DNA of 27,630 bases from Candidatus Fraserbacteria bacterium (GTDB lineage: Bacteria; Bipolaricaulota; Bipolaricaulia; RBG-16-55-9), in the NCBI GenBank assembly GCA_037442925.1, contig JBBIPG010000031.1, positions 1 through 27,630 on the forward strand, written 5' to 3'. Both the position numbers and the translations under genes were made by a program. Below, piece after piece: positions 8,471 to 17,285 of the stretch. Position 1 is the stretch's first letter, and each line of letters begins with the position of its first letter. The notes under the pieces were generated by a model that was given only the letters and a program-made list of their open reading frames with translations, had not been told where the DNA came from and made no database searches.

Positions 8471-8905
8471 ATGAAGCAGCGAAACGTAAGGCTCTTCACA
8501 TTGTTGACGGTCGGTCTGGGCAGCCTGCTGGCCATCATAGGCGGTCTAGGAGTAGTTCAGGCACAGCAGAGCGCACAAGAATTTGCCCTCATCCACAGCC
8601 TGACGGTGGCTGCTGGTGAGAATCGGGGAGCTCCGGCCATCTTCCCCAATGAGATTCGCGTGAAAGTCGGTCGCCTGGTGAGGTTCTTCAATGTCACCCC
8701 CGATCCCAGCGGTTTGATTCACGACCCTGTGATCATCAGCAGCGATGAGGATGGGAAGAATGCCGTCTTCGGCATTCAGGGGTTCCGCATCGAGCCTGGA
8801 AAAGTCACTGTGATTGAGTTCACCCCGGATCGCACCGGGACCTTCTTCATCACTCATAAGAGCCACTTCCATGACATTGTGGGCAAGCTGATCGTGGAGG
8901 AATAG
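8471..8905 (+). CDS. Secreted cupredoxin-like protein with atypical ligand loop
   Basis: Signal peptide ending VQA; PNEIRVKVG and IEFTPDRTGTF...GKLIVE pattern. Start is 8471 (ATG) or 8459 (GTG). Confidence 0.7.
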   Translation: MKQRNVRLFTLLTVGLGSLLAIIGGLGVVQAQQSAQEFALIHSLTVAAGENRGAPAIFPNEIRVKVGRLVRFFNVTPDPSGLIHDPVIISSDEDGKNAVFGIQGFRIEPGKVTVIEFTPDRTGTFFITHKSHFHDIVGKLIVEE

Positions 8906-8925
8906 CCTCCCCTTCCCCGCCGCGT

Positions 8926-8956
8926 GAGGAGGAGCCTGAGAGATAGGCTCCTCCTC
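8926..8956 (+). terminator. Intergenic stem-loop GAGGAGGAGCCT-N7-AGGCTCCTCCTC (no U tract)
   Basis: Perfect 12-bp stem with the same core as 1804-1835. Confidence 0.55.
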
Positions 8957-8997
8957 CATGCTGGGTGATCATTACTAGAATACGAAAGGAGTCACAA

Positions 8998-9348
8998 ATG
9001 AGTGCACCAATCTATGTCAAGAGCGAGGCTTTCGAGAGAGATGTGCTTCAGTCCCCTAAGCCTACGCTGGTCGACTTCTACGCCGACTGGTGTGGACCGT
9101 GCCGAGCGCTTGCTCCCGTGGTAGAGGAAATCGCCGCAGAGCTCGATGGCCAACTGAAGGTTGCAAAAGTGAACGTGGATGAGAATGAGACGCTCAGCCG
9201 AAAGTACGGAGTTCAGGGTATCCCAACTCTCGTCTTGTTTCGCGAGGGTCAGGAAGTGGAGCGAATCGTGGGCTATCTTCCTAAGAACCAACTCCTCGCC
9301 GTCTTGGAACCTCACCTTGCCACAAGTCATAGCAGAGCTGCCAAGTAG
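8998..9348 (+). CDS. trxA: Thioredoxin
   Basis: DFYADWCGPC and GIPTL; SD AAGGAG before ATG 8998. Confidence 0.95.
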   Translation: MSAPIYVKSEAFERDVLQSPKPTLVDFYADWCGPCRALAPVVEEIAAELDGQLKVAKVNVDENETLSRKYGVQGIPTLVLFREGQEVERIVGYLPKNQLLAVLEPHLATSHSRAAK

Positions 9349-9373
9349 CTAGCAAGGCAAAAGGAGCAATTCC

Positions 9374-9811
9374 ATGATTGCGAGGATCTTCCACAACAGC
9401 CAAGATGCGGCTCTCCTGCTGTTGCGTCTAGCTTGCGGACTCATCTTTTTTGTCTACGGGTGGCGGCATGTCGCCGACGTAGCCAGCTTCACTGAGGCGT
9501 TTGCGAATCGCTTTCATATTCCCCTGGCGGGGCTCTTTGCCCCGCTCGTTGCCTGGGTAGAACTGTTGGGTGGACTGGCTGTCATCGTCGGGGTCTTCAC
9601 ACGGTATGCCGGACTCCTGCTGGCAGTCGTCATGGTGGTCTCCACACTCCAGGTCAAATTGCCTGCGGGTGTGGCAGCAGGTAGAGATCTACTGGGCTTG
9701 ACAGGCTTTTGGGATCTGGACCTGTCTCTCTTCGTGATGGGAGTCTCGTTGCTGCTCATGGGGTCGGGAAGATTTGCGCTCGAGCGCAAGCTTTTCCGAG
9801 GAGAGATCTAA
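9374..9811 (+). CDS. DoxX family membrane protein
   Basis: LLLRL..G, ELLGGL...GVFTR..G and GSGRFALE; four hydrophobic segments. Confidence 0.88.
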   Translation: MIARIFHNSQDAALLLLRLACGLIFFVYGWRHVADVASFTEAFANRFHIPLAGLFAPLVAWVELLGGLAVIVGVFTRYAGLLLAVVMVVSTLQVKLPAGVAAGRDLLGLTGFWDLDLSLFVMGVSLLLMGSGRFALERKLFRGEI

Positions 9812-9927
9812 ACCCTGTGACAAGCCTGAAATATCGAGAGATCAGCCCGCAGACTTCAATTTCATGAATCGCTTGCTCGATGCCCTTCAGGTCGACTGCA
9901 GTACGTCTATGATAGAGGTAGATTAAG

Positions 9928-10317
9928 ATGGAACTTCTCTTCTTGATCGGACGCGTCTTGTTCTCGTTCATCTTCCTGATGAGCGGCGCGGGCCACTTCA
10001 TGCGTCTGGAGCAGATGGCTCAATACGCTCAATCCAAGGGGGTCCCTGCGCCCAAGCTGGCCACTCTGGGGACCGGGGTGCTGTTGGTGCTAGGAGGCCT
10101 AAGTGTGCTCTTGGGCTTCTATCCCAGCGTCGGACTGACTTTGCTCATCATCTTCTTGGTGCCGACCACGCTCTTCATGCATCCGTTTTGGGGGATCGCG
10201 GACCCCATGCAGCGGCAGATGGAGATGGTGCAGTTTCTGAAGAACATGGCTTTAGCAGGTGCGGCTTTGATGCTGCTCTTGCTAAAGAGTTGGCCGCTTA
10301 GCGTAGCCGCCGGATAG
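9928..10317 (+). CDS. DoxX family membrane protein (second type)
   Basis: IGRVLF...SGAGHF, HPFW and QFLKNMAL motifs. Confidence 0.88.
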   Translation: MELLFLIGRVLFSFIFLMSGAGHFMRLEQMAQYAQSKGVPAPKLATLGTGVLLVLGGLSVLLGFYPSVGLTLLIIFLVPTTLFMHPFWGIADPMQRQMEMVQFLKNMALAGAALMLLLLKSWPLSVAAG

Positions 10318-10343
10318 TGGGAAAAGCATAAGGAGGTTTCACT

Positions 10344-10748
10344 ATGCAGCAGCGCTTCATTCGGGCAGTGGTGGCCGGACTCGTAGGCACGGTTGTGATG
10401 AGCATCCTCTCATATCTGGGCAGCTTCATGATTCCAGGCATGATGCCTCCTTGGGAGATGTTGGCCATGAAGATGGGCGGTATTGTAGGTGGCTGGATAG
10501 GCCATATTATGATCGGGGTGATCCTCGCGCTGATCTATGTATACATTTTCGCAAAGATCATACCCGGAAAGGACCCTTGGATCAAGGGAGCCCTCTATGG
10601 CGTCTTACCTTGGTTGGCCGCGATGGTGGTCGTCATCCCGTTCATGGGGATGCCGCTCTTTGCTGGCTCGTTCATGGTGGCCATGGGCTCCCTGGCAGGC
10701 CATATCTTCTACGGAGCGTTCGTGGGCGGTGTCTGCGGTGACTGGTGA
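10344..10748 (+). CDS. Met/Gly-rich 4-TM membrane protein (DUF6789/DUF2938-like), paralog of 16816-17253
   Basis: AGLVGT.VM, GWIGH, KGALYG and GSL.GH.FYG are shared with the paralog; SD AAGGAGGT. Confidence 0.8.
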   Translation: MQQRFIRAVVAGLVGTVVMSILSYLGSFMIPGMMPPWEMLAMKMGGIVGGWIGHIMIGVILALIYVYIFAKIIPGKDPWIKGALYGVLPWLAAMVVVIPFMGMPLFAGSFMVAMGSLAGHIFYGAFVGGVCGDW

Positions 10749-10784
10749 GTTCTATGCTCTTAAGGTTCGTTTTGGAACTCGGGT

Positions 10785-10828
10785 TGTAAGAGGGCTTACA
10801 GACCATCTTGACACGGCCAGACTATCTT
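10785..10828 (+). promoter_or_regulatory. Operator copy 5 (10785-10800) with -10 TATCTT (10823-10828)
   Basis: TGTAAGAGGGCTTACA, 22-bp gap; a TTGACA is also present at 10808. Confidence 0.75.
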
Positions 10829-10846
10829 TATTATCAGAGAAAGGTG

Positions 10847-11041
10847 GTGAAAGCGGTGCTCGCAAGCATGATCTCAAAGGTTCGAGGACGCAAGCAACTC
10901 CCTACCGAGCAAGGTGCTAACGAGAAAGCCATTCACCAATGGCTAAATCAAGTCCTCGTTCAGAAAAGACCAGCTGAATCCTCGCCGGTACAGATTCCAC
11001 CCAGGAGAGCGTATGAAACAGATTCGGCTATTACATACTGA
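10847..11041 (+). CDS. Small hypothetical protein (start uncertain)
   Basis: ORF directly after the promoter with GAAAGGTG upstream; overlaps the start of the next gene. Confidence 0.4.
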   Translation: MKAVLASMISKVRGRKQLPTEQGANEKAIHQWLNQVLVQKRPAESSPVQIPPRRAYETDSAITY

Positions 11042-11327
11042 AGATTGCCATGCATACCATCAGGCTTTGGATCAGCTGGAAGAGGCCTTAAAGCAACTCG
11101 GCTTACCCGTGCGATTCGAGGTTGTGGTAGTCAATTCCGACACGCAAGCGAGGAGGTACAATTTCTTCGGCTCGCCCGCGATTCATGTGGATGGCAAGGA
11201 TGTGGACCCTCTGGCCACCGAGGCGACTCAATGCCATGCCCGAGCATGCCGATCTTATCTCTGGCAGGGGACGTCCCATGACTTCCCTCCTGAGGAAATG
11301 ATTCTTCAAGCTCTGAAAGGACGGTGA
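11013..11327 (+). CDS. Thioredoxin-fold protein (DF-family/DUF2703-like)
   Basis: HTEDCH, FFGSPAIHVDGKD and ACRSY motifs; SD AGGAG. Confidence 0.75.
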   Translation: MKQIRLLHTEDCHAYHQALDQLEEALKQLGLPVRFEVVVVNSDTQARRYNFFGSPAIHVDGKDVDPLATEATQCHARACRSYLWQGTSHDFPPEEMILQALKGR

Positions 11328-11333
11328 GCCAGC

Positions 11334-11588
11334 ATGGAAACAGTCAAGATCTACACGACGCCGACTTGCACCTATTGCAAGCAGGCCAAAGCGTATCTGG
11401 CAAGGGAAGGCATCAAATACGTTGAATATGACGTAACGAAAGACCAGAATGCCTTGCAAGAGATGGTCAAGATCTCCGGCGCTCGCGCGGTACCGGTCAT
11501 CGTAGCCTGTGAGCAGATCATGGTCGGCTTCAGTCCGGCCAGATTAGCGCAGATGCTCAACTGTATCCAGAATCGCTCCACTGTGTAG
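11334..11588 (+). CDS. Glutaredoxin-like protein (NrdH/YruB type)
   Basis: IYTTPTCTYC, GARAVPVI and VGFSP. Confidence 0.9.
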   Translation: METVKIYTTPTCTYCKQAKAYLAREGIKYVEYDVTKDQNALQEMVKISGARAVPVIVACEQIMVGFSPARLAQMLNCIQNRSTV

Positions 11589-11640
11589 CCAGTGGAAGCA
11601 AGATTGCTCAACATCAATCAACACGAAGGAGGTGAGAAAG

Positions 11641-12006
11641 ATGGCAACGGCAACTAAGGTGGCTATTGTCGTTTTGGCCGATGCGGAGACGCATGAGAGT
11701 CTGGGCCGTCTGGCCAATGCTCTGATCACGGCCAAGGAGTTCAAGGAGGGCGGCGACGAAGTCGCGCTCATCTTTGATGGCGGAGGCACCAAGGGGCTGG
11801 CAGAGGTGGCTGAGGCATCCCACAAAGCCCACGCCCTCTATCAGGCAGTCCAAGACAAGGTGACCGGGGCCTGCAGCTATTGTGCCGCGGCCTTCGGAGT
11901 CAAGAATGCCTTGCAGAGCAAGAATCTCCCTCTACTCGACGAATATGCCCAACACCCCAGCCTGCGGAGTTTCATCTCCAGGGGCTTCCAGCTGATCACG
12001 TTCTAG
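11641..12006 (+). CDS. DsrE-like protein
   Basis: LIFDGGGT, GACSYCA and HPSL motifs; SD AAGGAGGTGA before ATG 11641. Confidence 0.8.
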   Translation: MATATKVAIVVLADAETHESLGRLANALITAKEFKEGGDEVALIFDGGGTKGLAEVAEASHKAHALYQAVQDKVTGACSYCAAAFGVKNALQSKNLPLLDEYAQHPSLRSFISRGFQLITF

Positions 12007-12017
12007 TGGAAAAGACA

Positions 12018-12058
12018 AGGTGGAGTGCAGGTTAACAGCGCTTGCGCTCCACCTCTTT
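12018..12058 (+). terminator. Stem-loop after the dsrE-like gene, terminator-like
   Basis: 14-bp stem AGGTGGAGTGCAGG/CTTGCGCTCCACCT (G-U pairs on the + strand) followed by CTTT. Confidence 0.55.
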
Positions 12059-12104
12059 GGCTTAGCCAACTACGCTTGGGAAAGTCTGAGGAGACAGGAG
12101 CTTT

Positions 12105-13220
12105 ATGGTGGCCAGGAGAGATGTCACTCGGGACGGGAGCACCGTGGACGCGATTCTCCGACGAATTGAGGACCATGACTTTCACCCCATCAAGGAAGGC
12201 CTCACGGTGGATCGCAACACGGGGGACCATGGGGTGGCCAATCTCCAAGACGATGATTGGCGCGTGAGAACTTTGACTATACGCGACTTGATTCGTTTGG
12301 GAGAGGCTGCCGTTCCGCAAATCGCAGCACATCTGCGAGACGATAACCCCCATGTGCGCCAGGTTTGCGCCATGGTTCTCGGCATTTTGCGAGCCGCTTC
12401 GGCAGCCGAGGCTCTCGAAGAACGTCTCGTAGCAGACCTCGACCCGGTCGTACGGTCACAGGCAGCGATCTCGCTCGGTGAAGTTGGGCAAGGACTTTCG
12501 GCGTTACGAGAGAGATTGGAGAACGATCCGAGCCGAGATGTCCAACACCAGTGCGAATTGGCCGTCTATCGCATCGCACAAGGGATCAAGCCCACCCCAG
12601 AACGAGTTTCCCAGTACGCGGCGTTGGATGAATCGGCCTTTGAAACAATCAAGGTCGGCCAACTAGCATTGGACTTCGCACTGCCGGACACCAACGGCAA
12701 GACGTGGCGCCTGTCTGATTTTCTGGGCAAGAGAAAGGTGGCCTTGATCTGGATCTTTGCGGATTGGTGCCCGGTCTGCCACCGTGAATTCCATGAGTTG
12801 ATCGAACTGGAGCAAGAATTCATTGCCAATGATATACAGATCTTTACGCTTGAATGTCATGATCTCTACCGGTGCCGCGTGATGGTAGGAGCAGAAGACC
12901 TTCGGCCGACCTATTGGTTCGCGGATCGTTTTGGAGAAGGAGGGCTACAGAAACTCTATACAGAAAGGATCTGGTGGCCACACCTGGTAGACTCGGCAGG
13001 GTCTGTGGGGGCCAGCTACGGCGTGCAGCCGATGGCGTACGTCGTGCATTCGGAGTGGATCAACCGGCCGTCCACCGTGCTCATCGATGAAGACGGCATC
13101 GTTCGATTGGCTTACTCTGGGAAGTATTGGGGAGATCGCCCCACCATTCGACAAACGTTGGAGATGATGTTGACGGGGAGATATCAATTTGAGCCTCCAA
13201 AACACAAGAGTTCACGTTAA
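12105..13220 (+). CDS. HEAT-repeat plus AhpC/TSA (redoxin) domain fusion protein
   Basis: HEAT repeats (VRQVCAMVLG, VRSQAAISLG), then DFALPDTNGKTWRLSDF, WCPVC and PSTVLIDEDGIVR. Confidence 0.85.
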   Translation: MVARRDVTRDGSTVDAILRRIEDHDFHPIKEGLTVDRNTGDHGVANLQDDDWRVRTLTIRDLIRLGEAAVPQIAAHLRDDNPHVRQVCAMVLGILRAASAAEALEERLVADLDPVVRSQAAISLGEVGQGLSALRERLENDPSRDVQHQCELAVYRIAQGIKPTPERVSQYAALDESAFETIKVGQLALDFALPDTNGKTWRLSDFLGKRKVALIWIFADWCPVCHREFHELIELEQEFIANDIQIFTLECHDLYRCRVMVGAEDLRPTYWFADRFGEGGLQKLYTERIWWPHLVDSAGSVGASYGVQPMAYVVHSEWINRPSTVLIDEDGIVRLAYSGKYWGDRPTIRQTLEMMLTGRYQFEPPKHKSSR

Positions 13221-13243
13221 TAGAAGATCCTGACCCTTCTTAT

Positions 13244-14581
13244 ATGATCCTCCAGAACTGGTGGTATACGACACTCTTGGGCCTCAACAACCCGATTCAG
13301 CCGCCCCTTACCGACCACATCCAGGCCGATGTGCTCATCGTAGGCGGTGGAGCTGCCGGACTGGCTGCTGCACTCGCCCTTATGGATAAGGGTCTAAAGG
13401 TGGTGCTTCTGGAGCGCAACATCTGCGGCGGTAGCTCGACCGGCAAGAGCGCCGGATTCCTCACCCCCGACAGCGAGCTAGAGCTATCTCAACTGCTGCG
13501 TCGTTTCGGCCCCCAAGGTGCCCGAGATCTTTGGGGAGCAGCCACACGAGGCGTCGAACTGATGACATCGACCATCTCGCGCTATGGGATCAACTGCGAT
13601 CTCGTCAAGCAGGACAGCCTTTTTCTGGGCAATGGACGCAGCGGCTGGAGGGCAGTGCAAGATGAAGCACAAGCCCACCATGAGCTGGGGTATCCTCAGA
13701 CGATCTACACTCCGCAGGAACTGCCTGCGGTTCTTGGCTCGAACCATTACAACGGTGGAGTCCGATATTCAGGGACATTTGGCATCAATCCCCTTCGCTA
13801 TTCCCAGGGGGTCAAACGAGTGCTACTCGAGCATGGCGTGCAGATCTATGAGGCCTCGGAGGCGACTGCCCTCGACGATCATACAGTGCGAACGCATTTG
13901 GGTTCCGTTACTGCGAATCAGATCATCTTCTGCTCGGATAAGCTGAAGCCTACTCTTACGAGATTTTCCCGAAACATCTATCACGCCCAGACGTTCCTTG
14001 CCATCAGCGAGCCGCTGGAAGATGAGGACATCGCCGCGATGTTTCCCGAAGAGCCATTGCAGTGTTGGGACTCAGATCTTGTGTACACGTATTGCCGACT
14101 CACAGGAGACGGAAGACTCCTGGTGGGTGGAGGAAGCAAGTTGACGACGTTCTCGCGCCATGACGTGACCCCACCGCACGTCATCAACCGAGTCTTATGT
14201 CGTTTCAAGAGGAAGTTCCCCTGCATTGACCATGTGGAGTTCATTCAATACTGGCCGGGGCGTATCGATACGACTCGTGATCTATTGCCTACGGTACTGC
14301 GAGATGAGCGCTCTCCTTGGATTCACTACGTGTTGGGTTGTGTGGGACTGCCATGGGCTACCTTTTGTGGAGATTTTGCCGGCCGACATATCCTATGCGA
14401 TGGTCGATGCGAGGAGCATAAGTACTATCGCTACTTCAGCGTGGACCGGGGGTTCCTCCTGCCCTTATGGCTGCAAAAGCTGGTCGGCAAGCAGCTTCTC
14501 TTCTCTATCAACAACGCGTGGGCCAAGTATTATCAAGTGGACCAGGGAAGAGAAGTCCCTTATAGCGAAGAGCGATTCTGA
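13244..14581 (+). CDS. FAD-dependent oxidoreductase, DAO/PuuB-like
   Basis: ADVLIVGGGAAG, GSSTGKSAG, INPLRY and RLLVGG. Confidence 0.88.
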   Translation: MILQNWWYTTLLGLNNPIQPPLTDHIQADVLIVGGGAAGLAAALALMDKGLKVVLLERNICGGSSTGKSAGFLTPDSELELSQLLRRFGPQGARDLWGAATRGVELMTSTISRYGINCDLVKQDSLFLGNGRSGWRAVQDEAQAHHELGYPQTIYTPQELPAVLGSNHYNGGVRYSGTFGINPLRYSQGVKRVLLEHGVQIYEASEATALDDHTVRTHLGSVTANQIIFCSDKLKPTLTRFSRNIYHAQTFLAISEPLEDEDIAAMFPEEPLQCWDSDLVYTYCRLTGDGRLLVGGGSKLTTFSRHDVTPPHVINRVLCRFKRKFPCIDHVEFIQYWPGRIDTTRDLLPTVLRDERSPWIHYVLGCVGLPWATFCGDFAGRHILCDGRCEEHKYYRYFSVDRGFLLPLWLQKLVGKQLLFSINNAWAKYYQVDQGREVPYSEERF

Positions 14582-14600
14582 AGTGCGGGCGCAAGACCCT

Positions 14601-15338
14601 ATGGCTCCGAAGAATGTAGAGATTCCGGCGATCACGGCTGAGCAGATGCGCAAGGTGGATCATCTGATAGTGGCGAAGTACGGGATTCAGCTGACCCAGA
14701 TGATGGAGAACGCTGGTCGGAATCTGGCAGAGCTGACGCGACGATGGCTGGGAGGCAGCGTTCTCGCTAAGCGATTGATTATCGCCACTGGCAGAGGGAA
14801 CAACGGAGGCGGCGGAATGGTTGCTGCTCGACACCTCCACAATTGGGGCGCTAGGGTCACCGTCCTCTTGGAGTCCGAGAGGCTTTCGGGCACTCCCAGG
14901 TTGCAGTGGGAGATTCTGAAGCGTCTGCCGTTGGAGAGGAAGATCGCTCAAGTCGCCCTAAAGTTCATAGCCCAGCAGTCGGCAGATGTGGTAATTGACG
15001 CACTTATCGGCTATGGCCTCTCTGGCCCCCCTCGGGGTTGGGTTGCAAGCGTGATTGAGGCCATAAACACTCTGGATATGCCTGTGATTGCTCTCGATGT
15101 TCCCTCTGGTCTGGATGCCACAACCGGAGAGATCTGCAGCCCCTGCATTCGAGCAACAGCCACTCTGACCTTGGCACTTCCAAAGACGGGCCTGATGAAA
15201 CCGCAAGCAAAAGATGCGGTCGGTAGACTTTATCTGGCTGACATCGGAGTGCCCAACGTCATCTATCGAGAGATCGGGATCGAAGTGGGCTCTATCTTCG
15301 CACGGGATGCCCTCATACCATTGAATGAAGGAATGTAA
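14601..15338 (+). CDS. nnrE: NAD(P)H-hydrate epimerase (stand-alone YjeF_N)
   Basis: MMENAG, GRGNNGG, IDALIGYG, ALDVPSG and LADIGVP; likely start ATG 14601. Confidence 0.9.
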   Translation: MAPKNVEIPAITAEQMRKVDHLIVAKYGIQLTQMMENAGRNLAELTRRWLGGSVLAKRLIIATGRGNNGGGGMVAARHLHNWGARVTVLLESERLSGTPRLQWEILKRLPLERKIAQVALKFIAQQSADVVIDALIGYGLSGPPRGWVASVIEAINTLDMPVIALDVPSGLDATTGEICSPCIRATATLTLALPKTGLMKPQAKDAVGRLYLADIGVPNVIYREIGIEVGSIFARDALIPLNEGM

Positions 15339-15352
15339 GTCTGCGAAGCGGC

Positions 15353-16597
15353 TTACCAGGGCGCGGCTGTCGTGCGTCGCTTCTCCTTCAGTTTGCTCAG
15401 CACCAAGCGGTGTCCGCCAAGGTCCCAAAGATAGCGGTTGGCAATCAGGCCCTTCAGCGTCCGCGCTGCCCAACCCGAAAAGCGCAACTGGATGAATCTC
15501 GTGAGGTTCAAAACTCCTAGCGCATCCTTGCGGCCCAAGCTCAAGAATGTCCCCAGTCGCTTTGGGCAGAAGGGCTCCGGCTTATGTCCCGCTATCTCAC
15601 GACACAAGTTCTTCGCGGCAAGATATCCTTGTTGTACGGCAATCTGGGCTGTGGGTGGCAAAGGGCGGCCTAGCTCATCTATGGCCAAGGAGCAGTCTCC
15701 GACGATGTAGACGTTGGGTTGTTCACGAGCTTGCAGGAATTCATTGACGTAGGCCCGCCCCTGCTTGTTAATCGCAAACCTGCTCTCCTCCACCAGGTGA
15801 TGGCCGCGTACGCCGCCGGCCCAAAGGATCACTCCCGCTTCTAGCCGCTGGCCACTTCCAAGCACCACACAATGAGGCTCCACGCAGGCGATGCGAGCTC
15901 CCGTGATCAATTCAACGCCCTTGCGCTTAAGGGTCTTGGTAGCTTGCTCGATCAACAGCGAGTCAAAACCTGCGAGGATCGTCTCCGATCCCTCTACCAC
16001 GGTGATGCGGATCTCCTGCGGGTCTACATCAAAGGCCTTCGCCAAGCGTGGTCGCCAGTCGGCTATCTCGCCGGCCAGCTGAACCCCCGTGAACCCTCCG
16101 CCGCCGATGACGAGATGAGTGCACCAATGCTCCTTGGGATTTTCATCGTAGGCGGCCATCGCCATCACGATGCGGCTGTGGATCAGCTGCGCACTGCTGA
16201 GATCTCGTAACACGAGCGCATGCTCTGGCAACCCTGGGATATCATAGAACTGAGGCTCCCAGCCTAGTGCCAAAATCAAGTAGTCATAGGCCAGAGTCCT
16301 CGTGCCCCCGCGAGTCTTCACCTTGACCCGCTGGTCTTGAGGATCGATGGTCTGAGCCATACCGCGTAGGAACTCGATCTGAGGGGCCAGCAGCCCAGGC
16401 AGATAGACCGAGACTTCTTCATAGCCGGTATGCCAGACAGCCGGATGATGCAAGATCGTGGTCAAGTAATGATAGTTGTATTTGTTCACGAGGGTGATTT
16501 GAGCTTTTCTTAGAGCCGTCATCTGGCGCAGATGGACGGCGGCTGTGACCCCGGCGTATCCGCCACCAAGGATGAGGATCTTGGGGTTCTTGAGCAT
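15353..16597 (-). CDS. Type II NADH dehydrogenase family FAD oxidoreductase
   Basis: LGGGYAG, GGGGFTGVQLAGE, WAGG, GD and PPTAQIAVQQG. Confidence 0.9.
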   Translation of the reverse strand: MLKNPKILILGGGYAGVTAAVHLRQMTALRKAQITLVNKYNYHYLTTILHHPAVWHTGYEEVSVYLPGLLAPQIEFLRGMAQTIDPQDQRVKVKTRGGTRTLAYDYLILALGWEPQFYDIPGLPEHALVLRDLSSAQLIHSRIVMAMAAYDENPKEHWCTHLVIGGGGFTGVQLAGEIADWRPRLAKAFDVDPQEIRITVVEGSETILAGFDSLLIEQATKTLKRKGVELITGARIACVEPHCVVLGSGQRLEAGVILWAGGVRGHHLVEESRFAINKQGRAYVNEFLQAREQPNVYIVGDCSLAIDELGRPLPPTAQIAVQQGYLAAKNLCREIAGHKPEPFCPKRLGTFLSLGRKDALGVLNLTRFIQLRFSGWAARTLKGLIANRYLWDLGGHRLVLSKLKEKRRTTAAPW

Positions 16598-16694
16598 CGT
16601 TGGTTCTCGCTCCTGTCATGTTTCGAGTGCTAGTTCATAGTTCACAATCTCGGTTGAAATCGGCCTACACCTGCTATTATAATCATCACCTAGT

Positions 16695-16745
16695 GGGGGA
16701 CAGCCCCCGGCGGAAGCTGATGTCCGCCAGGGGCTGTAAGGTGAT
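16695..16745 (-). repeat. Conserved leader hairpin, copy B
   Basis: 15-bp stem ACAGCCCCTGGCGGA/TCCGCCGGGGGCTGT on the minus strand; similar to 7451-7499. Confidence 0.65.
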
Positions 16746-16779
16746 GAGGGGTAGGGGTGAAGCTAGGAGGCCTGCTTAT

Positions 16780-16813
16780 ATTATAGCGCGTGGCGCATCT
16801 CCAAGTCTGTAGG
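16780..16813 (-). promoter_or_regulatory. Operator half-site (CCTACA, 16813-16808) 22 bp upstream of -10 TATAAT (16785-16780)
   Basis: Same spacing as the full copies, but only the promoter-proximal half is conserved. Confidence 0.5.
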
Positions 16814-16815
16814 AA

Positions 16816-17253
16816 TCAACTGGAAGCGCTGGACAAGGAGCCCTGCTGAGGCGTGCCGTAGATGGCTCCGACGACTGCGCCGTAGATCAGATGCCCCATC
16901 AGACTGCCCATCACCAGAAGGAAGGCATTGGGGGCATTCGAGGTGAAGAGCCCCATGCCCATCATCGGCATGATAACCACTTGGGCGACAACGAAGGGAA
17001 ACAGGCCATAGAGAGCGCCTTTCAGCCATGGCGTCCCCGGCAGCCAACTCACGAAACCGTAGGCGTAGAACAAGGCTAAGATCATTCCAATCATGAAGTG
17101 AGCTAGCCATCCAATCAGAATGGAAGCGCCCATGAAACTGCTGAGCATAGCCGGGATATCCATGGGCAACCCCATAACCCCGGCCATCATGGTCAATAGA
17201 GTCATCACGATCGTCCCGATCAATCCTGCCAGAATCGCTTTACCCGCATTCAT
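16816..17253 (-). CDS. Met/Gly-rich 4-TM membrane protein, paralog of 10344-10748
   Basis: Start MNAGKAIL with SD AAGGAG; GWLAH, KGALYG and GSLMGHLIYG. Confidence 0.8.
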   Translation of the reverse strand: MNAGKAILAGLIGTIVMTLLTMMAGVMGLPMDIPAMLSSFMGASILIGWLAHFMIGMILALFYAYGFVSWLPGTPWLKGALYGLFPFVVAQVVIMPMMGMGLFTSNAPNAFLLVMGSLMGHLIYGAVVGAIYGTPQQGSLSSASS

Positions 17254-17285
17254 AGAACTCCTTTCTCTCGTTCCTCCCGTCGTCG

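Noticed and set aside
10344..13220. Selenocysteine (UGA) readthrough in the redox genes
   Set aside because: The CxxC-type motifs use Cys codons, and the TGA stops at 10746 and 11325 fall at plausible C-termini.
13529..13534. In-frame CTT TGG in the FAD oxidoreductase (another at 15430-15425 in the NDH-2 gene)
   Set aside because: Both genes are intact in frame 0 and lack GGTGA-N4. They show that the hexamer alone is not proof of programmed shifting, and are useful negative controls.
15334..15357. TGTAAG...CTTACC resembling the operator
   Set aside because: The spacer is 12 rather than 4, it lies between convergent gene ends, and the halves are formed by the two TAA stops.
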